Notes under the pieces: generated by a model
Told to the model about the DNA's origin: nothing
Database searches by the model: none
Seen by the model: only the letters and a program-made list of their open reading frames with translations
Made by a program: the position numbers and the translations under genes
Origin: Gemmatimonadota bacterium
Lineage (GTDB): Bacteria > Gemmatimonadota > Gemmatimonadetes > Gemmatimonadales > Gemmatimonadaceae
Assembly (NCBI GenBank): GCA_040389905.1
Contig: JAZJZK010000041.1
Span: 1 to 64,000, forward strand
Direction: 5' to 3'
Length of the DNA: 64,000 bases
Shown: positions 28,279 to 37,226 of the stretch, piece by piece
Numbering within the stretch: the first letter of the stretch is position 1
How the letters are laid out: the number at the start of each line of letters is the position of its first letter

Positions 28279-28833
28279 CTACAACCGCGGCAGCGTTACG
28301 CCGGTTTGACTCTGGTACTTCCCCTTCTTGTCCTTGTACGACACTTCCGGCTCTTCCTCGCCCTTGAAGAAGAGCACCTGCGCGATGCCTTCATTCGCGT
28401 AGATCTTTGCCGGCAGCGGAGTCGTGTTGGAGATCTCGAGCGTGACAAAGCCTTCCCACTCGGGCTCGAACGGCGTCACGTTCGTGATGATGCCGCACCG
28501 GGCATACGTCGATTTGCCGACGGTCACCGTGAGGATGTTGCGCGGAATTCTGAAGTACTCCACCGAGCGCGCCAGCGCGAAGCTGTTCGGCGGAACGATG
28601 CAGACATCTCCCTCCCATTCCACGAAGCAACTCGACTGGAAGTCCTTGGGATCGACGATCGAATTGAGGACGTTGGTGAAGATCCGAAACTCGCGCGCGA
28701 CGCGCATGTCGTAGCCGTACGAGCTTACTCCGTACGAAATGACCCCTTCTCGAACCTGGCGTCCTTCAAAGGGCTCGATCATCCCGTGCTCGGTGGCCAT
28801 GCGGGTGATCCAGCGGTCTGACATGATGCTCAT
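28279..28833 (-). CDS. dcd: dCTP deaminase
   Basis: [43 protein letters not shown]. Confidence 0.95.
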   Translation of the reverse strand: MSIMSDRWITRMATEHGMIEPFEGRQVREGVISYGVSSYGYDMRVAREFRIFTNVLNSIVDPKDFQSSCFVEWEGDVCIVPPNSFALARSVEYFRIPRNILTVTVGKSTYARCGIITNVTPFEPEWEGFVTLEISNTTPLPAKIYANEGIAQVLFFKGEEEPEVSYKDKKGKYQSQTGVTLPRL

Positions 28834-29021
28834 GCGAAGGACGGGTTTGAAGGTCTGGGCGCGGCGTCGAATTCGGCGCGAAAGGTATCGCGCATCACCG
28901 TGGGTCGCCAAGACGCGTCGAAATGATACAAATGTTTCCGCTGGACCTCATCTTGCCTTTCGAGATCATGGTCGTTCGCCATCGAGGTGGGCGGTTCCCA
29001 ACTCCCTCTCCCGTGGCTTCG

Positions 29022-30029
29022 ATGCGCAGTCGTTCTCTGTTTCTGCTCCCAATACTTCTTTCGGTAGCTCCAGCGGTTGAGCTCGCAGGGCAGGGCTATA
29101 TCTCGCCGTACGACGTGTTCGTCTTCGGAGACTTCACGCACATCAACAGCGAGACGAATGGCCGCATCGCCATCGGTGGAAATGCCGACATGACCAATTG
29201 GGGAGTTGGCCAGTTCCTCCCAGTCGGCTACTCCGATTATAGCCTCGTCGTTCGCGGCAACCTCACGAGTCTCGAGGGAGGCGTCTTCCAGGGTCGTACG
29301 TACGTGGGGGGCACGATCAGCGCCGTCAATACGGGTTTCCCCGCGCAGTACCCGCCCGAGAGTGGCACATCGCCCGTATCATTCGACAGTGAGATCGCTC
29401 GTCTGACGGCCATATCGAACGGCTATGCCGCAATGGCCACCAACGCCACGACGCAGTACAACGGCGGCCAACTGCAGTTCCTCGGCGGGGCAGGGGTCAA
29501 CGTCTTCTCGGTGACGATCGCAATGCTGCAGGCGGCGACCGCCGGGTATGCGTTCGTCAACCCGGGCGGTGCCACGAATATCGTGAATGTCCTCGGGAAT
29601 TCGGGTACGTCGGCGTTCAATAACGACGGCTTTTTCTTCGACTGTCTCGATGCCAACGACGCGAATTCCTGCCAGACCGGCGCGAACGAGTCGACGCCCG
29701 CCGCCGCCGCACGCACCGTCTGGAACTTCAATCAGCAAACGACACTGAGCCTCGACAGTCCCGATCACGACACGCCGGTACACGGATCGCTCTTCGCGCC
29801 CAATGCGTTCGTGACGTTCGGCTATGGCGATGTCGTTGGAAATGTCGTCGTCGGCAGCGCGACGAGTCACGCCGAGTACTACGCGAATCACGATTTCGTG
29901 GGTGAGCTTCCACCGCCGTCCGAGACGCCGGAGCCCGCAACGCTGGGCCTTGTTGCCACCGGCTTCATCGGACTGGCTGGAGCGGCACGCTTGAGGAAAC
30001 GGCACGCACACTCATCGCGACAGCGATGA
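29022..30029 (+). CDS. Choice-of-anchor A domain protein with PEP-CTERM sorting signal
   Basis: Signal peptide; GRIAIGGNA, NIVNV, VWNF, GSLFAPNA; C-terminal TPEPATLGLVATGFIGLAGAARLRKR. Confidence 0.82.
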   Translation: MRSRSLFLLPILLSVAPAVELAGQGYISPYDVFVFGDFTHINSETNGRIAIGGNADMTNWGVGQFLPVGYSDYSLVVRGNLTSLEGGVFQGRTYVGGTISAVNTGFPAQYPPESGTSPVSFDSEIARLTAISNGYAAMATNATTQYNGGQLQFLGGAGVNVFSVTIAMLQAATAGYAFVNPGGATNIVNVLGNSGTSAFNNDGFFFDCLDANDANSCQTGANESTPAAAARTVWNFNQQTTLSLDSPDHDTPVHGSLFAPNAFVTFGYGDVVGNVVVGSATSHAEYYANHDFVGELPPPSETPEPATLGLVATGFIGLAGAARLRKRHAHSSRQR

Positions 30030-30421
30030 CGCCCGTCTCGGTCACGGCGTCCAGAGCCAGATACATCAAGCCTTCATCATCGCGCTTCTTCGCGACGTTC
30101 GGGTTCGTCTGGCTGTCAATTAGCGTGTTCTCCGGAACGCTCCTGGTAATGCTTGCTCCTGGCGCGTCCCGTGGTGTCCTTCGCCTCGTCAGCGGAGGAG
30201 CATCCACGCCCCGGGATGCACTGGTGCTGGTGGCGCTGATCCTATTCGCGATCGGCACATTCATGCTCTCGCGGGCGATTGTTCGTTCTCTCTTTCGGCG
30301 TTCGCCGCGAGCCCGTCTGATTGCGCTCTGTGTGCTCGGCGTTCCAGCGGTCCTCAGTCTCGCGGCGTGGTCGAATCCTGGTCGCTATTTGCCAGTCGTT
30401 GTCGCAAAGGTAAAGCCGTGA
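30026..30421 (+). CDS. Hypothetical membrane protein (3 TM), possibly truncated
   Basis: ATGA overlap with the upstream gene; three hydrophobic segments; ends just before repeat elements. Confidence 0.5.
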   Translation: MTPVSVTASRARYIKPSSSRFFATFGFVWLSISVFSGTLLVMLAPGASRGVLRLVSGGASTPRDALVLVALILFAIGTFMLSRAIVRSLFRRSPRARLIALCVLGVPAVLSLAAWSNPGRYLPVVVAKVKP

Positions 30422-30453
30422 CTGGTTCGTTCCCGTCCTGAAATGCGGCAAGG

Positions 30454-30483
30454 GCAGATCCCTCGACTTCTCTCGGGATGACA
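30454..30483. repeat. Half-copy of TGTCATCCCGAG-type palindromic element
   Basis: Reverse complement TGTCATCCCGAGAGAAGTCGAGGGATCTGC matches the arm of 48106-48193. Confidence 0.75.
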
Positions 30484-30534
30484 TCCATGACGCGTCCTGC
30501 CGGAATTTCCCGTCGGCGTAGCCACCGGCACAAG

Positions 30535-30630
30535 GAACGCGGATTGAGCGGATGGAGGCGGATCACTTCGGATCCTGCGCAGTTGGTTGATCAGGTTTTC
30601 TCTATTTTCAAATTCGCTCGATCCGCGTTC
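30535..30630. repeat. CGGAT-periodic inverted-repeat element
   Basis: GAACGCGGATTGAGCG (30535-30550) vs CGCTCGATCCGCGTTC (30615-30630), 15/16 complementary; CGGAT recurs every 9-10 nt. Confidence 0.65.
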
Positions 30631-30658
30631 TCGACTGCGGTGCAGCAATCTCGCGTCG

Positions 30659-32971
30659 TCAGGACCTCGCTGCGGGAGCGGGCGCTAACGGGTTCGATCT
30701 CACCCACCTGCGCATCGCGCCAAAGCGCGGCTGATCCTCGAGTCGCTGCACGCCCACAACGAAGTGCACGCGCAATGGCGACTCCACGGCACGGCTGAAA
30801 ATCACGGTGCCTCGACCCGCGATCGTCGTGCCAGGTACGTCCCAGCGCATGATCACCCCCGGCTCGACGGGATGATGGAGAATCAGGCGAACCCCGCCGC
30901 GGCTCTCCTCTTCGAGGAGGCCCATCCCGAGCTCCATCTCGCCATCGTCGATCGTCTGTGACACCAATGCCGGCAATCCCACGACGGATCGTCGTCCATC
31001 GCGCGGGTTCGTGAATCGCTGCACGGCGTTCTCCACGACATCGAGGCTCTGCCGAAACTTTTGCCTGGAGAGTGGGATGGCGTGATGCGCCGTATTCAGC
31101 TCGATGGCGTCGCGCGTCTCGAGCGGCAGGTCGAGGAAGATCACACCGTGTGCGTACACGGTTCCGTAGGAGGTCTGCAGCGCCGAGCTGTGGGTAACCG
31201 TTCCGCGCGTCGCGACCGTCCCCGATGCGAGGGGAAGCGGGATGTCCACGATCGTTCCTGCTTCGAACTCTCGCGTCGTCCGGAACGAGAGTCCGGATGA
31301 GTTGATGTCGATCGTCGTGGAAGGCACCAAGTCACCCGTCAATACCCCGTCGACGACGGTGCAGACGCTGGTGGGAAGCCGCTGCGCGAACCGATAGTCG
31401 CCGCGCAATTGCTTCGACCTGATGCTGTGGCGCACCACGTACAATGCGAAGTACATGTTCCAGCCAAGCCACATGCCGTTGACGACGAACGCCGTGGAGA
31501 GGCCCCCGCCGTCGTGATAGTCGATCCAACCAAAGCTCCGCGCGACGAGCGCCCACACGAACGCGGTGAAGGAAACGATCGCCAGATACAACTGCGGTGC
31601 ATAGGTCTTGAACGGGACGTCGCCCACGCCTTTCGGCGTCACGTTGAATTTGAGCGGCTTCCGCGCGAAGTACCCCGACGTGGCGAGAATGAACGTCCAG
31701 AAGCGCGTCATGTTGTAGCGCTCGGAGATCAGCATGTAGCCCGTCCCGCGCGACAGCAGCTCGAAGCTCACGATCGTGAGCAGCATGTACGGCACGAGCC
31801 GGATGAGCAATGCCTGGTTGTCCACGCGCACCGGCATGATGCCGAAGAGAAAGAACATCACTGGCGCGAGATAGAACACCAGCCGCTGCATGCCATCCAG
31901 GTACACGATCACCGACGAGAAGTACGAGAGCTTCTGCTTCCAGTCGAGCCCTTTCACGAACAGGGGATTCATCTTGCGCAGGATCTGCATGGAACCCTGG
32001 CCCCAGCGCAGCCGCTGCACGTGATACTGCGCGGCCGACGCTGGTGCGAGACCGTACGCAAGCGTCTCTCCGTGATAGAAGGACTTCCATCCCCGCGCAT
32101 GCAACATCATCGATGTTTCCATGTCCTCCGTGATCGTCTGGACGGAGAAGCCGCCAATCTCGTCGATCGCGGTGCGCCGGAGAACGCCACAGCTACCACA
32201 GAAGAACGCCGCGTTGATGCGGTCTTTCCCCGGTTGGATGAGGGAGAAGAACAGCCGGTTCTCCTCCCACATCTGGCCCTGCTCGTCGTTCACGACATGG
32301 GTGAACGAATCGGTATTGTAGAAGTCCTGCGGAGACTGCACGAACGCCAGCTTCGGATCGTTGAAGTAGCCGAGCAGGCGATCGAGGATGTTGGGGAGGG
32401 GAACGTGATCCGCGTCGAGTTGCAGGATGAACTGCCCGGACGTCACCGTGAAGGCGTTGTTCAAATTGCCCGCCTTGGCGTGCGCGTTGCCCTCGCGCCG
32501 GATGTAGCCGACGCCGAGCTCGCTGGCCATTGCCTTCACTTCATCACGCTTGCCGTCGTCGAGCAGGAACGTCTTGTGGGGATAGCGAATCGCTCGCGCG
32601 CCAATCGCCGTGCGCCGCAGGAGCTGGAGCGGCTCGTCGTAGCTCGTGATGAAGACGTCAACCTCGAGGCCGTCCGGCGCCAGCGGCGGCTCGCGGTGCA
32701 CGAGGCGCCACGCCGTGAAGATGAAGACGGCCATGCTGACGAGCCCGTATGTCTCGGCGAGCACGAGGACCAGGGAGAAAACCGGCTGATCCCAATTCAG
32801 CGACGAGCGCCACCGCCAGGCAATCCAGTAGACGCCGAATCCGTACGCGAAGAGCGCGATGCCGCGGATTAAGCGCTCGTGGGTCTCGGAAAGCCGGGGA
32901 ATCGTGTTCGCCGACAGCGCCGGGCGTAGCGATTTCGCCGCGGAGGGCGTGTGGTCAGTTGGGTGTGTCGT
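30659..32971 (-). CDS. bcsA: Cellulose synthase-like GT2 with two PilZ domains (paralog 2)
   Basis: DDG, HAKAGNLN, DADH, FFCGS, TED, QRLRW, FNVTPK, RGDYR..DINSSG, RDGRR. Start unresolved: TTG at 33151 or a non-canonical ACG at 32971. Confidence 0.85.
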   Translation of the reverse strand, partial: TTHPTDHTPSAAKSLRPALSANTIPRLSETHERLIRGIALFAYGFGVYWIAWRWRSSLNWDQPVFSLVLVLAETYGLVSMAVFIFTAWRLVHREPPLAPDGLEVDVFITSYDEPLQLLRRTAIGARAIRYPHKTFLLDDGKRDEVKAMASELGVGYIRREGNAHAKAGNLNNAFTVTSGQFILQLDADHVPLPNILDRLLGYFNDPKLAFVQSPQDFYNTDSFTHVVNDEQGQMWEENRLFFSLIQPGKDRINAAFFCGSCGVLRRTAIDEIGGFSVQTITEDMETSMMLHARGWKSFYHGETLAYGLAPASAAQYHVQRLRWGQGSMQILRKMNPLFVKGLDWKQKLSYFSSVIVYLDGMQRLVFYLAPVMFFLFGIMPVRVDNQALLIRLVPYMLLTIVSFELLSRGTGYMLISERYNMTRFWTFILATSGYFARKPLKFNVTPKGVGDVPFKTYAPQLYLAIVSFTAFVWALVARSFGWIDYHDGGGLSTAFVVNGMWLGWNMYFALYVVRHSIRSKQLRGDYRFAQRLPTSVCTVVDGVLTGDLVPSTTIDINSSGLSFRTTREFEAGTIVDIPLPLASGTVATRGTVTHSSALQTSYGTVYAHGVIFLDLPLETRDAIELNTAHHAIPLSRQKFRQSLDVVENAVQRFTNPRDGRRSVVGLPALVSQTIDDGEMELGMGLLEEESRGGVRLILHHPVEPGVIMRWDVPGTTIAGRGTVIFSRAVESPLRVHFVVGVQRLEDQPRFGAMRRWVRSNPLAPAPAARS

Positions 32972-33152
32972 GGGGCTCCCGATGCTCGAGGCTGGAGATT
33001 GCGCACTACACCAGTGCAGAGGTCGGGCCGTGGTAATCTTTTGTTTCGGTTTCCATTGGAGCCCGTTGGCCTGCGAACATCGGTTGATCAGCTGTTCCGG
33101 ACGCTGTAACGGTGAGAGTCGCGGCCGTGGAGGGCGCGGAGCCTGACGCAAC

Positions 33153-33446
33153 GGCTGTGAAGGCCGATTGGAAGGCTGTGAACTGCGACTGATGGGCTGT
33201 GAACGGCAATTGGAACGCGGTGATTGCCGATTGGAGTGGTGTGATTGCTGATTGGAGCGGTGTGATTGGCGATTGGAGTGCCGTGGAACCGCTCTGGACT
33301 CCGGTGCTGCACGACTCCGTATGCGGGAATCGCTCGCTCACCGGTGCGAACAACGTTGCAACGGGCGCTGCGCTTCCCTGTAGCGCCGCACTTTCCGGTG
33401 CAACGAGTGTGAATTGCGGTTGAACGGCTGTGAAAGCACGTTGGAC
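33153..33446. repeat. Degenerate 21-bp tandem repeat (~14 units; heptad-coding on the minus strand)
   Basis: Units such as GGCTGTGAAGGCCGATTGGAA and TGGTGTGATTGCTGATTGGAG. Minus ORF 33006-33455 reads TALQSPI-TPLQSAI-TPLQSAI-TAFQLPF-TAHQSQF-TAFQSAF. Confidence 0.75.
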
Positions 33447-33612
33447 TGCGGGCACGAACCATGGGATGCGCTCCGTATCCGGCGCAGTGCGTAAAAGGGA
33501 GTAAAGTTATCGGGAATAGATCCCTCGTCGCGAATTCTCACCGATGAGCGCGTTGGTTTGCGTGGTTTCTACGCGCGCGCGCAAAGTTCTCAACACGAAT
33601 GCCGCCAAGCCG

Positions 33613-33642
33613 TTGACACTGCTTTGCGGCACTCGGTAAGTT
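33613..33642 (+). promoter_or_regulatory. Sigma70-type promoter of the nuo operon
   Basis: TTGACA (33613-33618), 18-nt spacer, TAAGTT (33637-33642), upstream of nuoA. Confidence 0.6.
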
Positions 33643-33656
33643 CATGCGCTCGGACT

Positions 33657-33674
33657 TAGTGAAAGATTTCACGA
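33657..33674. promoter_or_regulatory. Rex-like operator
   Basis: TAGTGAA-AGAT-TTCACGA vs Rex consensus TTGTGAA-N4-TTCACAA; between the promoter and the nuoA RBS. Confidence 0.6.
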
Positions 33675-33686
33675 AGTGCGGAGACT

Positions 33687-34091
33687 ATGGAACGGACGTA
33701 CCTCCCCATCCTGCTGCTCGTAGGATTTGTCGTCACCAACGCGGTGGCGATCATCCTGATCTCTCACCTGACCCTTCGCCCGCGCTACACCGCGGTGAAG
33801 CAGACGCCATACGAATCCGGAATACCGGTGCTCGGCGACGCGCGCGAGCGCTTCTCCGTGAAGTTCTATATGGTGGCGGTCCTGTTCATCATCTTCGACA
33901 TCGAAACGGTGTTCATGATCCCGTGGGGGGCTCACTTCAAGGAGCTCTCCTGCGCCGTGGACCTCGTCGGCAACGCATGCCCGGCCGGGCAAGTGTCGCT
34001 CTTCGGCCTGTATGAGATGCTCGTGTTCATCGCGATCCTCCTCGTCGGATTCGCCTACGTGTGGAAGAAGGGAGCGCTGCAATGGGACTGA
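33687..34091 (+). CDS. nuoA: NADH-quinone oxidoreductase subunit A
   Basis: [31 protein letters not shown]. Confidence 0.97.
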   Translation: MERTYLPILLLVGFVVTNAVAIILISHLTLRPRYTAVKQTPYESGIPVLGDARERFSVKFYMVAVLFIIFDIETVFMIPWGAHFKELSCAVDLVGNACPAGQVSLFGLYEMLVFIAILLVGFAYVWKKGALQWD

Positions 34092-34708
34092 GCCCGCGTC
34101 CAGAACACGATTTCGTTTCGATCAACCCGGATTCCCAGGAAAGCTGGGTCACGACGAAGCTCGACTTCCTCGTCAACTGGGGCCGAGCGAATTCGCTGTG
34201 GCCGATGCCCTTCGGAACCGCATGCTGCGCCATCGAATTCATGGCAACGGCGGCGTCGAAGTACGATCTGGCGCGCTTCGGCATGGAGCGCATGAGCTTC
34301 TCGCCGCGCCAGGCGGACGTCCTCATCTGCGCCGGCCGAGTGCCGTTCAAGCTCGCGCCGGTCATTCGGCGTATCTGGCAGCAGATGGCACAGCCCAAGT
34401 GGTGCATTTCCATGGGCGCCTGCGCCTCGTCGGGCGGCATGTTCGACAACTACGCCGTCGTGCAGGGAATCGACACGATCATCCCGGTCGATGTCTACGT
34501 GCCGGGTTGTCCGCCACGTCCTGAAGGCTTGCTCTACGGCATCATGATGCTCCAGAAGAAGATCATGAACGAGCGCATGGCCGATTCGGCGCTCCGCGAC
34601 GAGATGGAGCCAGATCCCGCGAGCCAGCTCTACATCCCGCCACGCCTCATCGACGAGCTCTCCGAACCGTTCGGCAACTCGATTCACCAGACGCGCTCGG
34701 GGCTCTGA
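34082..34708 (+). CDS. nuoB: NADH-quinone oxidoreductase subunit B
   Basis: [33 protein letters not shown]. Confidence 0.97.
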   Translation: MGLSPRPEHDFVSINPDSQESWVTTKLDFLVNWGRANSLWPMPFGTACCAIEFMATAASKYDLARFGMERMSFSPRQADVLICAGRVPFKLAPVIRRIWQQMAQPKWCISMGACASSGGMFDNYAVVQGIDTIIPVDVYVPGCPPRPEGLLYGIMMLQKKIMNERMADSALRDEMEPDPASQLYIPPRLIDELSEPFGNSIHQTRSGL

Positions 34709-34713
34709 CCAGC

Positions 34714-35412
34714 ATGGCCGGATCCTTTACTCCCGTCGTAGCAGGGCACGCGTCAACCGACGCCGCGCCAGTCACGCCAAAGAACGTCCCGCACAAGGGT
34801 GGCGACGCGAACCCCAGCGCCGCCGCGCTCAAGACACAATTCGGCGACGCCGTCATCCGCACGGACGTCGTGTGGGGCGAAACGAGTGTCGTGGTCGAGC
34901 GTTCGCGTGTCAACGACATCGTCCGCTGGCTCCATGACGATCCGTCGCAGTTGTACGACTACTGCTCCGACGTCACCGCGGTCGAATTTCGCGACCTCGA
35001 ACGTGACCTCGAGGTTATCTGGCATCTTCGGTCGCTCCCCTTCCGCCGCTTCCTTCGCCTCAAGGCGCTGATCCCCAAGGGACAGCCCCTCGAAGTCCCG
35101 AGCATCTGGGACATTCACAAAGGCGTCGATTGGATGGAGCGGGAGTGCTATGACATGTTCGGCATCAAGTTCGTCGGGCATCCGGACCTGCGCCGCATCC
35201 TCATGTGGGAGCAATACAAGGAAGGCTTTCCCCTTCGGAAGGACTTCCCACTGCGTGGACGCTTCAGTCGCTCCGAGCAACTCCGTCAGGCGCTCGCCCA
35301 GAATCCGGAAGCCAAGTACAGCATGGAAGAGCTCACGATCGCCGACGCCTTCGAAGACCTGCCGAGCGACATGAAGAAACGGCTCGGTGCCGGCGAAAAG
35401 GTGGGAGAATAA
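34714..35412 (+). CDS. nuoC: NADH-quinone oxidoreductase subunit C
   Basis: ERECYDMFGI..GHPDLRRIL...PLRKDFPL. Confidence 0.97.
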   Translation: MAGSFTPVVAGHASTDAAPVTPKNVPHKGGDANPSAAALKTQFGDAVIRTDVVWGETSVVVERSRVNDIVRWLHDDPSQLYDYCSDVTAVEFRDLERDLEVIWHLRSLPFRRFLRLKALIPKGQPLEVPSIWDIHKGVDWMERECYDMFGIKFVGHPDLRRILMWEQYKEGFPLRKDFPLRGRFSRSEQLRQALAQNPEAKYSMEELTIADAFEDLPSDMKKRLGAGEKVGE

Positions 35413-35414
35413 CG

Positions 35415-36728
35415 ATGGCGACCACCAAGCGTACGGTCGAAGTCGAACTCTCGACCACCGGACTGGACTCACGCGGACGCGCTCAGCGGGTTCCCCTCGT
35501 CACCGATCAGGCGGGCAACATCGTTCCCGTCACCGCATCACCCGCGCTGGAGCCGGACCTCGAAGGCGATCACATGCTGATCAACATCGGGCCGCAACAC
35601 CCGGCGACGCACGGCGTACTGCGCCTGGTGCTCGAGCTCGACGGCGAAACAGTTGTACGCTGCATTCCGCACATCGGCTACCTGCACTGCGGCTTCGAGA
35701 AGATCGGCGAGTACCGCCAGTACAACCAGATCATTCCCTGGACCGACCGCGAAGACTACCTCAACTCGCCCGGCAACAACGTCGCATTCGCGCTCGGCGC
35801 AGAGCGGTTGTTCGGCATAGAGATCACGGAGCGCTGCAAGGTCCTCCGCGTCATCGCCAGCGAACTGTCGCGCATCATCTCCCATTGCGTGTGGCTCGGG
35901 ACCTTCTGTATCGACATCGGCGCCTTCACGCCATTCCTCTGGATCTTCCAGCAGCGCGAGCGCGTGTACAGCATGCTCGAGAGCTGGATCGGCGCGCGCC
36001 TCACGACGACGCTCACGCGCGTCGGTGGCATGGGTGCCGACATTCCGGATGGCTGGACGGAAGACCTCGCGAACTTCGTCCGCACCTTCCCGAAGGTGCT
36101 GGCCGAGTGCGACGCGATGCTCACGAAGAACGCCATTTGGGTTGGCCGCACGGTCGGGCTCGGCGCGATGTCGGCCGAGGAGGCGGTGAACTACGGTCTC
36201 TCCGGCCCCATGCTCCGCGCCTCGGGAGTCGCGTACGACGTCCGCAAGGATTTCCCGTATCTCGACTACGAAACGTACGATTTCGACGTCCCTGTGGGTT
36301 CCGCCGGTGACGTATACGATCGCTTCCTCTGCCGCATGGAGGAGCTTCGCCAGTCGGTTCGCATTCTCGACCAGGCGCTCAAGCGGCTCCCCGACGGCCC
36401 AGTCAACGTGGACGACCACCGCGTCATCCTGCCGCCCAAGTCCAAGGCGACGAGCGACATGGAAAGCATGATCCACCACTTCAAGCAGGTGATGGAAGGT
36501 CCGCGTCCTCCGGTCGGCGAGGCGTATGTCGCCGTCGAAAGCCCCAAGGGCGAGAAGGGCTACTATATGGTATCGGACGGCACATCCAAGCCGGTTCGCT
36601 GGCGCATCCGTCCACCCTCGTTCGTGAACCTCTCGGCAATTCCCAAGATGGTCGAAGGACATCTTTTGTCGGACGTCATCGCGATCAACGCTTCCATTGA
36701 CATCGTGATGGGAGAAATCGACCGATGA
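35415..36728 (+). CDS. nuoD: NADH-quinone oxidoreductase subunit D
   Basis: NIGPQHPATHGVLRL, GYLHCGFEK, ESPKGE, DIVMGEIDR. Confidence 0.97.
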   Translation: MATTKRTVEVELSTTGLDSRGRAQRVPLVTDQAGNIVPVTASPALEPDLEGDHMLINIGPQHPATHGVLRLVLELDGETVVRCIPHIGYLHCGFEKIGEYRQYNQIIPWTDREDYLNSPGNNVAFALGAERLFGIEITERCKVLRVIASELSRIISHCVWLGTFCIDIGAFTPFLWIFQQRERVYSMLESWIGARLTTTLTRVGGMGADIPDGWTEDLANFVRTFPKVLAECDAMLTKNAIWVGRTVGLGAMSAEEAVNYGLSGPMLRASGVAYDVRKDFPYLDYETYDFDVPVGSAGDVYDRFLCRMEELRQSVRILDQALKRLPDGPVNVDDHRVILPPKSKATSDMESMIHHFKQVMEGPRPPVGEAYVAVESPKGEKGYYMVSDGTSKPVRWRIRPPSFVNLSAIPKMVEGHLLSDVIAINASIDIVMGEIDR

Positions 36729-37225
36729 GCGCGCACACGGATCACGCTGAGTACGTGCCGGTCTTCGGACCGCGACGCGCGGAGCTCGACGAATTGCTCA
36801 CGCGTTATCCCACGAAGATGGCAGCGTTGCTGCCCGCGCTGTGGATGGTGCAGGAAGAGCGCGGCTGGGTGCCCACGGAAGGCATGCATGAAGTTGCCGA
36901 GGTGCTCGAGTTGACGCCGGCGTATGTGAAGGGTGTGGTGTCGTTCTACACGATGTATCACCAGCACCCCGTCGCGAAGCACTTCATCCAGGTGTGCACG
37001 ACGTCGCCCTGCAACGTCTGCGGCGCTGAAGATGTCGTCAATGCGCTGCTAAAGCACACGGGCTGCGAAGAGCTCGGCGTCCAATCGCCAGACGGCAAGT
37101 ATCAGGTAATCGAAGTCGAATGCCTTGGCGCGTGCGGGTTCAACACACCGCTGATGGTCAACGAGAAGTTCATCGAGTCGGTCACCGTTGAATCGGTGCC
37201 CGCGCTCCTCGCCTCACTGGGCTGA
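36725..37225 (+). CDS. nuoE: NADH-quinone oxidoreductase subunit E
   Basis: SFYTMY, CTTSPC, ECLGAC. Confidence 0.96.
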   Translation: MSAHTDHAEYVPVFGPRRAELDELLTRYPTKMAALLPALWMVQEERGWVPTEGMHEVAEVLELTPAYVKGVVSFYTMYHQHPVAKHFIQVCTTSPCNVCGAEDVVNALLKHTGCEELGVQSPDGKYQVIEVECLGACGFNTPLMVNEKFIESVTVESVPALLASLG

Positions 37226-37226
37226 C

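Noticed and set aside
33153..33446. Possible CRISPR array
   Set aside because: Contiguous degenerate 21-bp units with no unique spacers and no cas genes.
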